A DNA stretch of 63,714 nt from Octopus bimaculoides (lineage: Eukaryota): NCBI RefSeq assembly GCF_001194135.2, contig NC_068984.1, positions 120,140,409-120,204,122 on the forward strand, given 5' to 3'. Of this stretch, positions 12,731 through 26,414 are shown piece after piece. A program made the translations under genes and the position numbers. The notes below the pieces were generated by a model. The model was given only the letters and a program-made list of their open reading frames with translations. It did not search any database and was not told the origin of the DNA. The first letter of the stretch is position 1, and every line of letters starts with the position of its first letter.

Positions 12731-13100
12731 TATTCTTTTACTTGTTTCAGTCATTTGACTGCGGCCATGCTGGAACACTGCCTTTAGTTGAGCAAATTAA
12801 CCAGGATTTATTCTTTGTAAGCCTAGTACTTATTCTATTGGTTTTTTTGCTGAACCACTAAGTTACGGGGGTGTAAATACACCAGCATCGGTTGTCAAGC
12901 GATGTTGGAGGGACAAGCACAGACACACAAACATATACACACATATACATATATATGTACATATATATGACGGGATTCTTTCAGTTTCTGTCTACCAAAT
13001 CCACTCATAAGGCTTTGGTCGGCTCGATGCTATAGTAGAAGACACTTTCCCGGAACCATGTGGTTGGTAAGCAAGCTACTTACCACACAGCCACTCCTGC
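12731..13100 (-). mobile_element. SINE family A, near full length
   Basis: Head gcaggagtggctgtgtggtaag on the minus strand, internal CA/TA tract and the shared 3' tail. Confidence 0.85.
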
Positions 13101-13474
13101 ACTTAACATAACATTTAAAACCTACTATTGTGTAAATGCTTAGGACAAGGAACAAAGGGACTTTCAGTATTTAGTTTTGTATTCCTAAATTTTAAGTTCA
13201 ACCCTTACCTGAGCTAACTTAGTCTTTCATCCTTCCAGAGGCAATAAAATGCACACACGCACACATGATGGGCTTCCATACAAACTTTTTACCTATCAGA
13301 TTGGCCTCAGTCAGCCTCAGCCTATAATAGAAGACATTTTTCCAAGGTGCTGTGAAGTAGGACTGAACCTAAAACTTCATGGTAGCAAAGCAAACTTGTA
13401 AACCACACAGCTATGCCTGTACCTGTCTAAATATTTTTCTTCTCTTTTCTTTTTGAAAATTGTATGTGCATATA

Positions 13475-13882
13475 GGTGCAGGAGTGGCTGTGTGATAAGA
13501 AGCTTGCTTCCCAATCACATGGTTCTGGGTTCAGTCCTACTGCATGGCACCTTGGACAAGTGTCTTCTACTATAGCTTTGGGATAACCAAAGCCTTGTGA
13601 GGGGATTTGGTAGACAGAAACTGAAAGAAGTCAGTCATATATCTATATATATATATGTTATATATGAGTGTGTTTGTGTGTCTATGTTTGTCCCCCCACC
13701 ATCGCTCGACAACTGATGTTGGTGTGTTTACATCTCTGTAACTTAGCAGTTCAGCAAAAGAAACCAATAGAACAAGTACTAGGCTTACAAAGAATAAGTC
13801 TTGGGGTCGATTTGTTTGACTAGAGGCGGTGCTCTAGCATGGCTGCAGTCAATGACTGAATCAAGTAAAAGAATAAAAGAAT
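13475..13882 (+). mobile_element. SINE family A, full length
   Basis: A-box-like tggctgtgtga and B-box-like ggttcagtcct, internal (TA)/(TG) tract, tail aagtaaaagaataaaagaa. Confidence 0.9.
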
Positions 13883-14954
13883 ATTGTTATGAGTTCAAAT
13901 CCTGCTTAGGTTGATTTCATTCCTCACATCTCCAGGGTTGATAAAATAATTTTGAATGAAATGATATGCTGGAGTTGATTCAGACAGCAGTAACATGTCC
14001 TCATAAAATAAATGTTTTAATGTTGTATTTTTATGAGGAATCATTATTTTCTGACATGCACAAAAAATGGTACCAAAGCATTCTCCATTTGGGATTATTG
14101 ACTCTATTGACTGAAATGCAGAAAATCAAAACAACTGAAAGAAATGGAAACCTATGATTTACCAATTGTAAATTATAAAATATTTTGGTTCAAATTTACT
14201 ACCATATTTCACCATAGTTACTAACTTCCATATTGCTGAATATTACAAACATCAATCAACCACCATTTATTTATCTATTTATTTTTCCTTGAAACATTAA
14301 TTTTTTTTGTTTTTTATTTATTTACTTACGTATTTATATAGTTATTTTAAATTTTGCTTTTGGCAAAGAACATGTTTCTCAAGTACACATACAGTCTATT
14401 CTGTATGAGGGAAATATCAGAAGACTTGAGAAACCATAAAGTTTCTAACTATATTGATTTGGAATGGAACGAAATGGTGAAAGAAGTGAAGCAAAATGTA
14501 ACAGATGCATTGCTTTCCTATCTTCCTGAAAAATAAATTCAATATTTAGATGGTTTCTAATCAATGTATTTCTTATTTTGATTATTCTGGTTTTCTTCAT
14601 AAACAATATTTGAATAGCATAAGTTTTATTTGAAGCAGTTTGGCAAGCTGGAAAAACTTTTAAGAAGTCTTCTATTGAATTCAAAGTGTTTTAAGCTTTG
14701 AGGTAGACATTGGAGACTAAATACATTCTTATTTCATGATAATGAAATATTTTACACATTCTGTTTCAATTTTCTTTCTTTTACTTTTTTTTTTTATCTA
14801 AATTTGTCTGAATTCCTGCGGAGATTTTTATTGTTCATGTAGTAGAGTAGTCTCATGGCCCATAAATGGTTGTTGCAGAAAGTGCCTTTTGACCATTTGA
14901 AAGCATTTAATGGCTTGCTTCAGTTAACCTAACTGGAAAATATTTATATTCTAG

Positions 14955-15016
14955 ATTAGAAGACAAACTTCATAGCATTAAAATATTCTTTGAAAATGAA
15001 ATGCTAAATTTACAAT
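14955..15016 (+). CDS. Candidate exon (LEDKLHSIKIFFENEMLNLQ)
   Basis: Acceptor tatattctag| and donor |gtaaat, with an open helical-looking peptide in non-repetitive sequence. Confidence 0.25.
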
Positions 15017-15039
15017 GTAAATTTTTTGAGATATTCTTC

Positions 15040-15041
<2 letters not shown>

Positions 15042-15103
<62 letters not shown>

Positions 15104-15135
15104 CATTATTATTATGATGATGATGATCATCATCA
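15042..15135. repeat. (ATT)n/(ATG/CAT)n microsatellite
   Basis: Directly visible. It abuts the tail of a repeat with an RTE-like 3' end at 15135-15370 (-). Confidence 0.95.
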
Positions 15136-16451
15136 TCGTCATTTTCATTTTAATGCTCAATTTTCCATGCCTGCATGGGTCAGATAGTGTTTGTTGAGGC
15201 AGATTTTCTAAAACAGAATACACTTTCTGTTGCCAATCCTTGCCTGTTTCCAAGCAAGATAATATTTTCCCATGGCTGGACACATTTTACAAGGAAGATT
15301 AGAAATGAGCAACACCTTTTGTATGATGGTGACACTCACAAAAATTGTGCAATGTCAAGGCAATGTGACACAAACACACACACACACACATACACCAATA
15401 TACAGAAACACATGTTTACATACATACACACATGCATGCATGTATGTATGTATGGATGCATGCATGATGGACAACTTTCAGTTTCCATGTACGAAATCCC
15501 CATACAAGGCTTTGGTTAGCCCAGAGCTAAATAGAAGACACTTGCCTACGGTACCATGCAGTGGGACTGAACCTGAAACCACAATCAGTTCTAGAGTATT
15601 TCATAATCTCTCTCTTTCTCTCTCACTCTCTGTCTCTCTCACTCTCTGTATCTCTCACTCTCGCTCACTCTCTCTCTCTCACTCTCTCTCTCTCTCTCTT
15701 CTTATTAATGATCAAGATAAGGGTTTATTTTAAAATAAATTTTTTTAAAAATTGCCCCCAGCATGGCCACAGTCTAATGGCTGAAATAACTAAAAGTTAA
15801 AAATGTATGATGAATTCAGAGATTTAAAAAAATGTGTATTTTCCTACACTGCATTTCAGTCACTCCAGCATAATTTCCACTCACATACTTATATTGGCAA
15901 GGTTGTTCTATAAATTGGTAGCATATTTATAATGGGTGCTCTTTTTGGTGCCAGCTATTCTATTCTGAAGAGAGAATGGTAAATATTTCTAGTAAATGTT
16001 TATAGCAAGATTTGCATAATAATCTCTTGTTTGGTTGTCTAGCATTTTCATATCTCAGCTATTGTGTCTCATAAACAGAAAGAATTCTTTATCTAGGAAC
16101 TATATTCTAACAGCTGACTAAAAGCCAGGAAGCATAACCAATATTCAAATATTCAAGTAGATAGTTTTGGAGAACAAGTCATGTTGGCAATGAATCTTGA
16201 ATTTTGTTTGAAGCATTTTATCCTAGGTAAGATAATTATAAATCTTTTGAGGTATTTAAGGGAGGTAAAGAGGAGCTGCTGGAAAGTTAGTAGTTGACTA
16301 AGCAGGCATTAAAAAAAAAATGTTGTAGTTGAGAATCTTCATAGAGAAACATAGTTATAGATTATATTTTATAAACCTCTTTTATCGGACTATTCTGAAT
16401 GAAATATAATTGATTTCGAAGAATGAAATATATTCAATAATGATAATGATG

Positions 16452-16485
<34 letters not shown>

Positions 16486-16699
16486 TAATAATAAAAAAAT
16501 CTTACTGTTACTAGTGTGTCTGACAAACTAATATAAAATAATGTATCAATGCAGAAACTGAAACGTTTACAAAAAGTATCAATAAATAAAAGTAGAGAGT
16601 AAAGTGAAAGGAAAAAAAAAAAACAACGGGCAGAAAGGTCAATATTTTGAGAAGATATTTTCGTTGTTGTTGGTAGTGTTTTGTATTCTTTTCTTTCAG

Positions 16700-16757
16700 T
16701 AGACATGTCTTAATTAGTAGGAAATCAATTTGGATGCAAAATAATTTGTTTCCTCAG
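16700..16757 (+). CDS. Candidate exon (RHVLISRKSIWMQNNLFPQ)
   Basis: Strong acceptor tattcttttctttcag| and donor CAG|gtgagg, with only one open frame. Phase-compatible with 16956-16989 and 17065-17111. Confidence 0.3.
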
Positions 16758-17662
16758 GTGAGGGAAGGATAGGTAAGAAACAATTGAAAGTGAAGAAATT
16801 CGGAATGGATAAATAAAATAGAAAGCCAAACTGAATCGCTCCTCATAATGGAACCATTCAGACATTTATATAAAACGTGGAATTAATTATGCTATGAGAA
16901 CCAATTTTCTAGAAATAATCTTGCCAAGATTTCTTTTTACTCTTCTGAAGTTTAGCTGGTGGCTAAGACTAAGAAAGCATCTATTGGAAGTAAGTAACTG
17001 TATTAAAAGATATTTCTATGGCACTATTATTTGCTGGGACAGTGCATTTGTATGCTGTACATAGATTTGGAAAATTCTGGAAGTGATGTTAGGATCAACC
17101 TCGCTGAATAAGAAAGTTATCTGGTATTTAATCAGATTAACTATAATGTACTTGTATGAATGTGGAAGATGGCCAGAAAGGTATAAAAATCACTTTAGTA
17201 TATTAACTGTTACCTACTTTATATTTGTATCATTTGAAGGTCATGAAGCAAAATGGTTGCAAAAACTATGATAATATAAATTTTGTTATCAAATTTGTTT
17301 TCTGTCATATTTCTTTCTTCCTTTGGCACTAGCCTTGTCCTTCCTTCTTTCCTTCAGTCAGGGTCAACTTTATGGAATTCTCTCCTCACTCACATTTTCC
17401 CTAAAGGTCACATTATCTTACAGATACACAAGCTGAACATAAAGTGAATTGATCTCATCAAACTCATAGGTCTTATTCTGCTATATGGGCACTGCTCTCT
17501 CCTCATGACCAGGACAGTAAAACAAAATCAAGCAAAGAGACAACAAAAAGAACAATAAAACAGGGTCAGTTTGTTATGCAGATAGTTATATAAAAATTAA
17601 CACAACTCCATGATATAACTGGTATTTTCTTTATCTTTAAACCTGCTTTGTCATAAGTAAGA

Positions 17663-17782
17663 ATGGATGAATGAATGAATGGATGAACGAATGAATGAAT
17701 GAGTGCATGAATGAATGACTGAATTAATGGCTGAATGTATGATTGAGTGGCTGACTGCATAAATAAATGAATGAATGAATGA
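17663..17782. repeat. Imperfect (GAAT)n tetranucleotide repeat
   Basis: Directly visible. Confidence 0.9.
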
Positions 17783-17932
17783 ACATGTTCATCCATATGA
17801 TTGAGAATCTTGGGCCGCAGTCTAACCTCTACTCTTTGCCACACACTGTATTCTCTTCTTGCAGTTCTACTCTCTGTCATGGTCTTTCACAACCAGTCTA
17901 TGATGTCATAATTCCATCCTCATTTTTGTCTC

Positions 17933-17993
<61 letters not shown>

Positions 17994-18030
17994 GTGTGTG
18001 TGTGTGTGTATGCACATGTATGTATATATA

Positions 18031-18700
18031 GTGCAGGCATGGCTGTGTGGTAAGAAGTTTGCTTCCCAACCACTTGATTCCAGGTCCAGTCCCACTGTGT
18101 GGTACCTTGGGTAAGTGCTTTCTACTATAGTCTCAGGCCGACCAAAGCCTTGTGGGTGGACTTGGTAGATGGAAATTGAAGGAAGCCTGCCATTTGTATA
18201 TATATATATATATATATTTATGTAGCTGGTTGAAAAGGAACACACGAGTTATATATATGGAAAAAAAGTTAAGGTAGAAAATGCTAAAATAATTTTATAA
18301 AAAACATTGAGACTTTTTCAACTGTAAGTATGGAAAACAATTAAATTTTGGAAGAATTAAAAGAAAAGTTTAAAAAAAAAATATTTGCATAATATTCAAA
18401 TACAAGGGACAATTTCCTTGTTTCTGCCTGTCTCTGTCTCTCTTGTTTACTCTTGTGGGTTCAAGGTTGTTGTGTATATGTATGTGTGTATGGTTTGTCC
18501 ATCCACCATTGCTTGACAAACTATGTCGGTATGTTTACATCCCCTGTAACTTAACGGTTTGACAAAAGAGACCGACAGAATAAGTACTAGGCTTACAAAG
18601 AATAAGTACCGGGGGTCAATTTCTTTGACTAAAAAACCCTTTAAGGTGGTGCTCCAGCATGGCTGTAGTCAAATGACTGAAGCAAGTAAAAGAATAAAAA
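18031..18700 (+). mobile_element. SINE family A split at its internal TA tract by ~270 bp of other sequence
   Basis: Head at 18031-18190 and 3' half at 18470-18700. Confidence 0.75.
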
Positions 18701-19492
18701 ACAATAAAGGAATATCTATGCGTTCATTTATTATGCATTCATAAAAATTGCTGAGTAGAGCAGGAGAGTGATTTGTGATGTGTGGTGTACATGAGAGATA
18801 AAGCAATAAAGTCACATTGCTGTAGCACATTGACCACACCATGCTATAAAAATCCAATGTTTTAGACTGCATTAGAAACAGTGCAATGCGAAGCAAAGCA
18901 TTGCACAAGATCTTTGTGGTTCATAATAATACTCGTTAACTGGTATGACCTTGCTTGCGGTTAGATAATTTGGATCTGTATTGCATAGCTTACTGATTAA
19001 GTTGCATCACTGCTTTGTTTGTTGGAGCTGCAACCTGCTCTCATTCTTCTATTCTTCTGTTCTGTTATACTGCTATTATGTAATTCTGTTAGTTGTTTGT
19101 TGTTTTCTAGCTGTTGTTGTTTCTGTATTTGTCAGAGTAATGAGGATTTTGATTGGTTGCCTTTGTTCCTTAATATTGTTTTCTATTGTTGTTGTTGCTG
19201 TTGCTTCTTTCTTGTTTTATTTTATTTTTTTTTGTTATGTATCAATTTGTGAGCAATAGTATCATCGGTTATAGATATCTAGCTGATCAATCACCGGTTC
19301 ACTGCCTTTGTGATAGCGAGAGTGATAAGGGAATACCTAACCTGATGCAAGGGACTTCATAAAGCACTTGTTTTGTTTTTTGGTTTTCTCATTGATGTTT
19401 ATGTCCTCTGCTGATGTAAATCAGCAAAGGTTACACAAATAAATACTTGTACACACGCAAATATACACACACTCTCATTCTTATTTGCATAG

Positions 19493-19538
<46 letters not shown>

Positions 19539-20240
19539 ACATGCACACAAAACAGTGTGGCATCATTCAAAGCTACAAAAATGTGACGAAATGCATTATG
19601 ACCAGCGGTGTATAACACCATGCAATNNNNNNNNNNNNNNNNNNNNNNNNNNNNNNNNNNNNNNNNNNNNNNNNNNNNNNNNNNNNNNNNNNNNNNNNNN
19701 NNNNNNNNNNNNNNNNNNNNNNNNNNNNNNNNNNNNNNNNNNNNNNNNNNNNNNNNNNNNNNNNNNNNNNNNNNNNNNNNNNNNNNNNNNNNNNNNNNNN
19801 NNNNNNNNNNNNNNNNNNNNNNNNNNNNNNNNNNNNNNNNNNNNNNNNNNNNNNNNNNNNNNNNNNNNNNNNNNNNNNNNNNNNNNNNNNNNNNNNNNNN
19901 NNNNNNNNNNNNNNNNNNNNNNNNNNNNNNNNNNNNNNNNNNNNNNNNNNNNNNNNNNNNNNNNNNNNNNNNNNNNNNNNNNNNNNNNNNNNNNNNNNNN
20001 NNNNNNNNNNNNNNNNNNNNNNNNNNNNNNNNNNNNNNNNNNNNNNNNNNNNNNNNNNNNNNNNNNNNNNNNNNNNNNNNNNNNNNNNNNNNNNNNNNNN
20101 NNNNNNNNNNNNNNNNNNNNNNNNNNNNNNNNNNNNNNNNNNNNNNNNNNNNNNNNNNNNNNNNNNNNNNNNNNNNNNNNNNATTTAAATATATACTTTA
20201 ACCAAATAACACAAGCCTTCTGTAGTTTTTTCACTCTTAT

Positions 20241-20289
<49 letters not shown>

Positions 20290-20537
20290 GAGGCTGCAAA
20301 GTGACTTAAGGGGTGAGAGTTCTATATATGGCAAACTTATACATAAGTATATATGTATGTGATTTTGTGTCTGTGTGTTTATGTATGCGAATGCTCTCTT
20401 CTTCTTGGAGATGGTAGAGCTGATGCCACCTCCACTGAGGTGTTCTCACCTCACTTGTATCCTTTTTTCATCTCCTTTGTATTGTCATCACCCACCAAGC
20501 CATACCCTAATCGCTGCATCTACTCCTTCCTTCTTAC

Positions 20538-20641
20538 GATGCTGGTTTACTGGAGTTTCCTCCCTTTTCATGTTTTCCCTTCACACGGTATTGACTAGGA
20601 ACGCCTGTGACAGCCACCAGCAATGCCTCTTCTTCCAAATC
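20538..20641 (-). CDS. Candidate exon (DLEEEALLVAVTGVPSQYRVKGKHEKGGNSSKPAS)
   Basis: Strong acceptor cttcttttcacttgcag| and donor |gtaaga, with higher GC than the flanks. A decayed retroelement ORF1 is an alternative. Confidence 0.3.
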
Positions 20642-21057
20642 CTGCAAGTGAAAAGAAGATAATAAGTGGATATATATCAGAGTCTCTTTATCTGGTGTCC
20701 TAATATCCTATGAATTCAGCTAGCCACGAACTACCAGCAGTGGTTTATGGTGGTTGTTGTATTGGGTGTGCTGCCACATCCAATTCCACCAAATTTCAAG
20801 CAGGGGTATAACAAAAGTCTTCCATTAAGATGTGTGATTAAATTAAAGAGTAAGCTTAATATTCATAACAAATTTGCCATATTCGATAGGTGTGCAGTAC
20901 ACACTTGTCACACCCAGAGTACATGCCCTTGACTACCAGTCATTTACTTGAGTCAGACATCACATCGACTATATATCTTTACCAAGACATTGGCACAATC
21001 CATATTGGTGAGACACTGTAATTGATGCATGACTCAAATTAGTAATGCACAACTTAA

Positions 21058-21281
21058 CCTTTTAGTATTCAGATTATTCTACCAAATACAATGCTTATTC
21101 ATTCACATTGATGTGAATTAATCATGCATTATCTCATAGCTTTGAGATTTCAATGAGGTAATTGCTTATGCTTTCAATGACAGACATTGTTAAAGGTGTG
21201 AGAGGGCAGATCTGAACAGTTTGAACATAAAGCAAGTAAAAAAATTTGGGATTGGGTTTGTGTGGTTTAAATGCTAAAGGG
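21058..21281. mobile_element. piggyBac-type MITE, second family
   Basis: Ends ttaa|ccttttagtattca...aaatgctaaaggg|ttaa give inverted termini with TTAA on both sides. Confidence 0.65.
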
Positions 21282-22372
21282 TTAAATTGGTGCATAACCC
21301 AAATTGGTAAATAACTCAAATTTTGGAAGAACTTAAATTGATGCACAACCCAAATTAATACATAATTTATATATGTATAGCGCTAAATGATGGGTGACAC
21401 AAATTATGCAGAACTCAATTTGCTCTTCAACCCTATTTGGGTTGAATAGTGATTTGAGTTCTGCATAATTGTTAGTGTAATCTTGGAGGGGATTATAGAG
21501 ACATAATCTTTTATTGTTGAAATATTTGATGAAATGTAAAATGATTAGGAATATGGCTGTATGGTCAAGAAGTTCACTTTGCAACCATATAGCTTCAGGT
21601 TCAGTCCCACTGCATGGCGCCTTATGCAAGTGCCTTCTGCTATAGCCCTGGGCCAACTAATACCTTGTAATTGAATTAGCAGCGTGAAACTGTAGAAGCC
21701 TCCTCTGTGTGTGTGTGTTTCATAGTGACTGTGTTTAAATAAATAACAGATTCAAACAGAAAATTAAGTAATGGGGGCAATTGTTCGACCGGAACCCTTT
21801 AAGGCAGCTCCAATGCAATGATTGTAACAAGTAAAAGAAGATAAAATGAAGATGTCGTTCATTAAGCAATTGATATAGAAGCATTTCAGCCATCAGTTAC
21901 TGGCAAGTATAACTTGATAGAGTGTACCATGGTTTTGCTTATTGTTTTAGATGCCCATGGAGTCACTGTTCTCCTGAATTATGTCTTCTGAAAACAACAT
22001 GTCTATTTTGTGCTTAATAAACTCTATGTCTCTAGGAATGTGTCTTGAAGCTGTTGTGATTGGTTTGTGCTTAGAGATTTTAATGGCTGGAAGTAGTTCA
22101 CAAGCAGATTGAGACACCCTTTCAGCACTCACATCTTTCTTTGGTGGTAAGTCTAGGATATGATACCTGGAGGGGAAGACGGTTGTATCAGCACTAGACC
22201 AGTACGTTTTCTTAATGACCCCCAAAAAGATCAATGACAAAGTTACCTTTGCAGGATTTGAACTCACAGTGTAGGAAGCAAGAACAAATGTTGCAATGCA
22301 ACATCTGATACTTTAGTAACTCTGCCATTTAGCAACGCTACCTTAAACATATGCCTTACTTCCTTACTTGCT

Positions 22373-22685
22373 ATTGACGGCCCGTCACATGTGATGACAG
22401 CATCATTCCAGGACATTCATCCTCCTCTACCTCCAGCATATTGTTCCTTATGATAGTGGATGTGGCTGACAAGATTGATGCAAGATAGGCAGATCCTGTA
22501 GCACTGAGGGGCACCCAAAATGACACTGAACAACAGCTATAACAAGTTAATGACAATGTCTCCTCCTCTTTATGTGCAATCTCTTGTGTTTGGTTCCTGA
22601 ACACCTTTCTCCAGCATCACACAGAAACTTCCAGGCCTTCTGATTATCTGCCAGGGTTTCCAGCTGATTGGGAGGGACACTGCAT
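22373..22685 (-). mobile_element. RTE (BovB-like) LINE 3' end
   Basis: Minus-strand VPPNQLETLADNQKAWKFLCDAG...GCPQCYRICLSCINLVSHIHYH matches the RTE C-terminal region and CxxC...SH-x3-H finger, followed by a short 3'UTR. Confidence 0.7.
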
Positions 22686-22933
22686 ATGCAGTAAGATAAG
22701 TGCTATGATACAATATTTATCATAAACAAAAATTAAAGTGCATTTCTCCAAAAAATATATCAAATTTTAATTTTTTTTAATTAATTTTTTTTTAATATAG
22801 TTTCAGCTCAGAGCTGCGGCCATGCTGATGCACCACCGTTTTTAATGTATTATATTATTGGAAAATTGTTTTATATTTAAATATAAAAAAAAAAAGAAGA
22901 AAAAGGTTGAGTTGCAGAGGGTTTATTGATTTA

Positions 22934-23140
22934 CTATAATGGATTCTGGTGGTTAAAAGTTGGGAAATGCAGGCTCCTCATGGTCGCTTGACCTGTTAGA
23001 AATATCAGCCTAATCTTCTTCATTTGAGGTGCAATAGTGGGTCTCTGTTGTTTGATGATGAAGATCCATCCATTTTCTCTGTCCACTATTCCTGCAAGAG
23101 TCATGGAGGTAGAGTTCTCAGGCACCTCCTCTATAGTGTC
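22934..23140 (-). CDS. Candidate exon or open frame (DTIEEVPENSTSMTLAGIVDRENGWIFIIKQQ...)
   Basis: Acceptor cttgcttcttatag| then 68 open codons to a stop. No recognised homology. Confidence 0.2.
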   Translation of the reverse strand, partial: DTIEEVPENSTSMTLAGIVDRENGWIFIIKQQRPTIAPQMKKIRLIFLTGQATMRSLHFPTFNHQNPL

Positions 23141-24470
23141 CTATAAGAAGCAAGTGTCATATTTCCTGGCTGGATTCCCAAGCATGACCAATTGAAACTA
23201 TGGATATTTTCCAATCATTTCATTTTTAGTCCACCCCTAGGTAGCTTGGCTTGAAGAATCCACCTTATGATTCTTTCCTGAGTAATCTGCTATTGAATTG
23301 ATGTGCAAGTGGTTAAGCACATCTATGCTTAATATATTTCTCAGTCTATCTTTTGAAAAGCTGTACCTTTCAAATTAAAGGTATAATCCACTCAAGAGGC
23401 TTCTATACAGTTTCCATCTATCTGGTTTTACTCATAAGGTATGAGTCTCCCTGAGGCTATGAAATAGTTATATTTACCCAAGATGCTATACAGTAGAATC
23501 ATTCCTGAGACTTCATGGTTGTGAAGCAAAAGTCCTAACCATTCATCTGTATTGTGACTATATTTCTACATATCATGTGATCATGTGACAAACCAGACTA
23601 TCAGATGTTATTACAGACTGCTGGTTGCAATGCACTTTGCATCGTTTTAACCTTCAAATGACACCACCCAACTGGCTAGGCAAGCAGGCCAACATTCCTT
23701 CCTGATTGAAAGCAGGACTGGAGCAACATGAAACACAATGTGCTGCTTAGGCTGGGAATCGAACCCATGATCTAATGATCATAAGTGCAACAGCCTAACC
23801 ACTAAGTCATGTGCTTTCACTTCTACGTATACTGCGTGAAAAAGAAAACAAAAAAAAAGCAAACAAAGATGTAAAAATGGGGTGGTCATTGATGGAATGT
23901 CTTTCATCGTAGGTTTGCTCAATAAATGCAGAACTAGGGTTAAGCAACAATAACAACATTGATTTCTTCCAAACAAATTTTGTTTTAGGAATTGGAAGCT
24001 AGGCTAATGATGTTAATCTGTATTATCATAAATGAATTCTTACATTGGCACAAGGCCAAAAATTTCTGCAGTCAATTCAATTGAGTCTAGTCCCTGCTGG
24101 TATTTGTTTTTATCGACCCTGGTCAGATGAAAGCCCAACTTGACCTTGGAGGTCAGCTTTGAGACTGCAGAAAAAAAAAAGTAAAAATTGTTGGATGAAA
24201 TAAAATACTTATGGCAATTAATCTGTTGGCCTACCATTTATTTCTTTTACATATACATTTATGCATATCAATATGTATATATATATATATACACACACAC
24301 ACATATACATATATATATGTATCATTGTTATCATCATTCATCATTTAATGTCCATTTTCCATGCTAGCTTGGGTATAGCTTGGACAGTTCAGCAAGGGCT
24401 GAAGGACCATAGGACTGCGCCAAGCTTGCACTCTCAGCATCGTCCCTTACCTCTTTATATNNNNNNNNNN

Positions 24471-24509
<39 letters not shown>

Positions 24510-24968
24510 TTCATACATGCAAACATGCATATGCTTATGTATATAGATCATAGGGCATCAAGCTATGAAAACTATGCCAAAGCTGACATTAGAGCTCAAT
24601 GCAGCCCTGTGGGTCACCAGATCCTGTTAAACCATTCAACCCATGCCAACATGCCAGCATGGAAAAGAGACATTAAATAATGGTGATGATGATGTGTACA
24701 TGTATATATACACATGATCATTACAAAACTGGAGATTTGGCTGTAACAAAAATCTATTATTGTTACGTCATAAAGATTATGTAATTCATGATGTAATTAA
24801 TGATGTAATGGTAAAGAAATTTTGCTTTTACCGAATCTCTAGTTTAACTTGGATATACACTCTGTAATCTATTTAAATAATATAAAGCTAAACAAAAATC
24901 AGAGAACAAATGATGTTTAATACCTAACTGCTAGTTGGACAGATATAGATTTACATGAAGATCTAAGC

Positions 24969-25231
24969 CAGTGGTTCTAAACCAGGATCCACATGGCCCT
25001 TGGGGGTCCTTATAACATTTGCTGTTAAAATTTATGTGTAATAAATTGGTTGTACTTTTACAATACACAAAATATTTTAACAATTTTTTGTTTTTAAAAC
25101 AATTCCTAATAATATTTGATTATAAAATATAATGGGACTTTTTTTTAAACATTGAATATTTATTAGGGTCCAGGAGAGTAAAACAGGAATCAAAGGGCTC
25201 CATAAGTGAAAAAAATGGTTGAGGATCACTG
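24969..25231. mobile_element. hAT (Charlie-like) MITE
   Basis: TIRs cagtggttctaaacc / ggttgaggatcactg and an 8-bp TSD atctaagc/atctaagt. Confidence 0.85.
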
Positions 25232-25287
25232 ATCTAAGTAAACGTTAACTGTTTCACCGTCTCTTGAAATAGTAACTTTTCAACACA

Positions 25288-25535
25288 GCATCATCATCAT
25301 CATCATTGAACATTCGTTGTCCATGCTGGATGGTGTAACTAGAGCTGGCAAGCTGGGGGTAGTGGTGGTAGTGGAGGTGCACCAGATATATGCTTATGTG
25401 TAATTTGGCATGGTTTCTATGACTGGATGCCCTTCCTAACACCAACTACTTTACAGCATGTACTGGGTGCTTTTACATGTCATGTATGGATCCTTTTATG
25501 TGGCACCATATGGGTGCTTTCACGTGGCACTACCA
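25288..25535 (-). mobile_element. Older RTE 3'UTR copy
   Basis: (CAT)n tail plus ctggatgcccttcctaacaccaac and gggtgcttttac motifs. Similar copies lie at 1745-1870, 3615-3812, 24550-24695 and 51640-51830. Confidence 0.7.
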
Positions 25536-26414
25536 TTAATGCTTTAGATCATCAGGAGGATTGGTCTTAACACTTCTGCTGCAGAGTACAATATATATGT
25601 GTTTTGTGTATATGTATATATTTATATGCATGTGTGTGTATGCGTGTGTGTACTATATATATATTTGTATATATGGTGGACAGTTTTTTTTTAAGTGTGT
25701 TGTATTAAAGACATGACGATATTCTAATTTAATCTTTTTTATTAACATTTTCTCAATTCTGTACATCAGAGCCTTATAATTTGTTTGGGGCAATAAAGTT
25801 CCCAAATGGTTTACAGGCTATCTCAGTCTTGGTTTCAGGATGTGGAGGGGCTTTGGCATCTATGCTTTTTATAGTGGACACATTTATGCAGAATTTCTTG
25901 CCAGAACTTGATCATTATAGTATAAGTGTTCTGCATTAATGGATTCGCATTTGTGATGTTTGTACGTTGTATGTTAATTGTTGCACTTGTGTTGCTCCAT
26001 TAGTATCCCCGACACCATAAAACAAAGCTAGATAGGAAAACATTAATAAAAAATACTTTCATACTTAATAGAATTTCCCATGGGGAAAAACAAGTCTGGT
26101 TTTGGATGCAATACTAATATCAGAAAACAAGGCTACAAATTATCATACAATATACACATTCCACAACCACAAATCAAATGATGTAGAATGCTAACAATCT
26201 AAAGGTCAATTTCTGGTAGGAAAATCTGTATAAATATAAGGCTTCTATTGCAAAGAGGGCAGTGCAGAAGCCAAAATCATTCTTCAATCTGAAGATGAAG
26301 TTGAGATATCCTGGAAGCATTGGAAAATAAATGAATTCAAGAAATTTTATTGTTCCAAATGAATTATATGAGTCTGATGTACATACATAAGAAAATGTTA
26401 ATAAAAAAATATTA

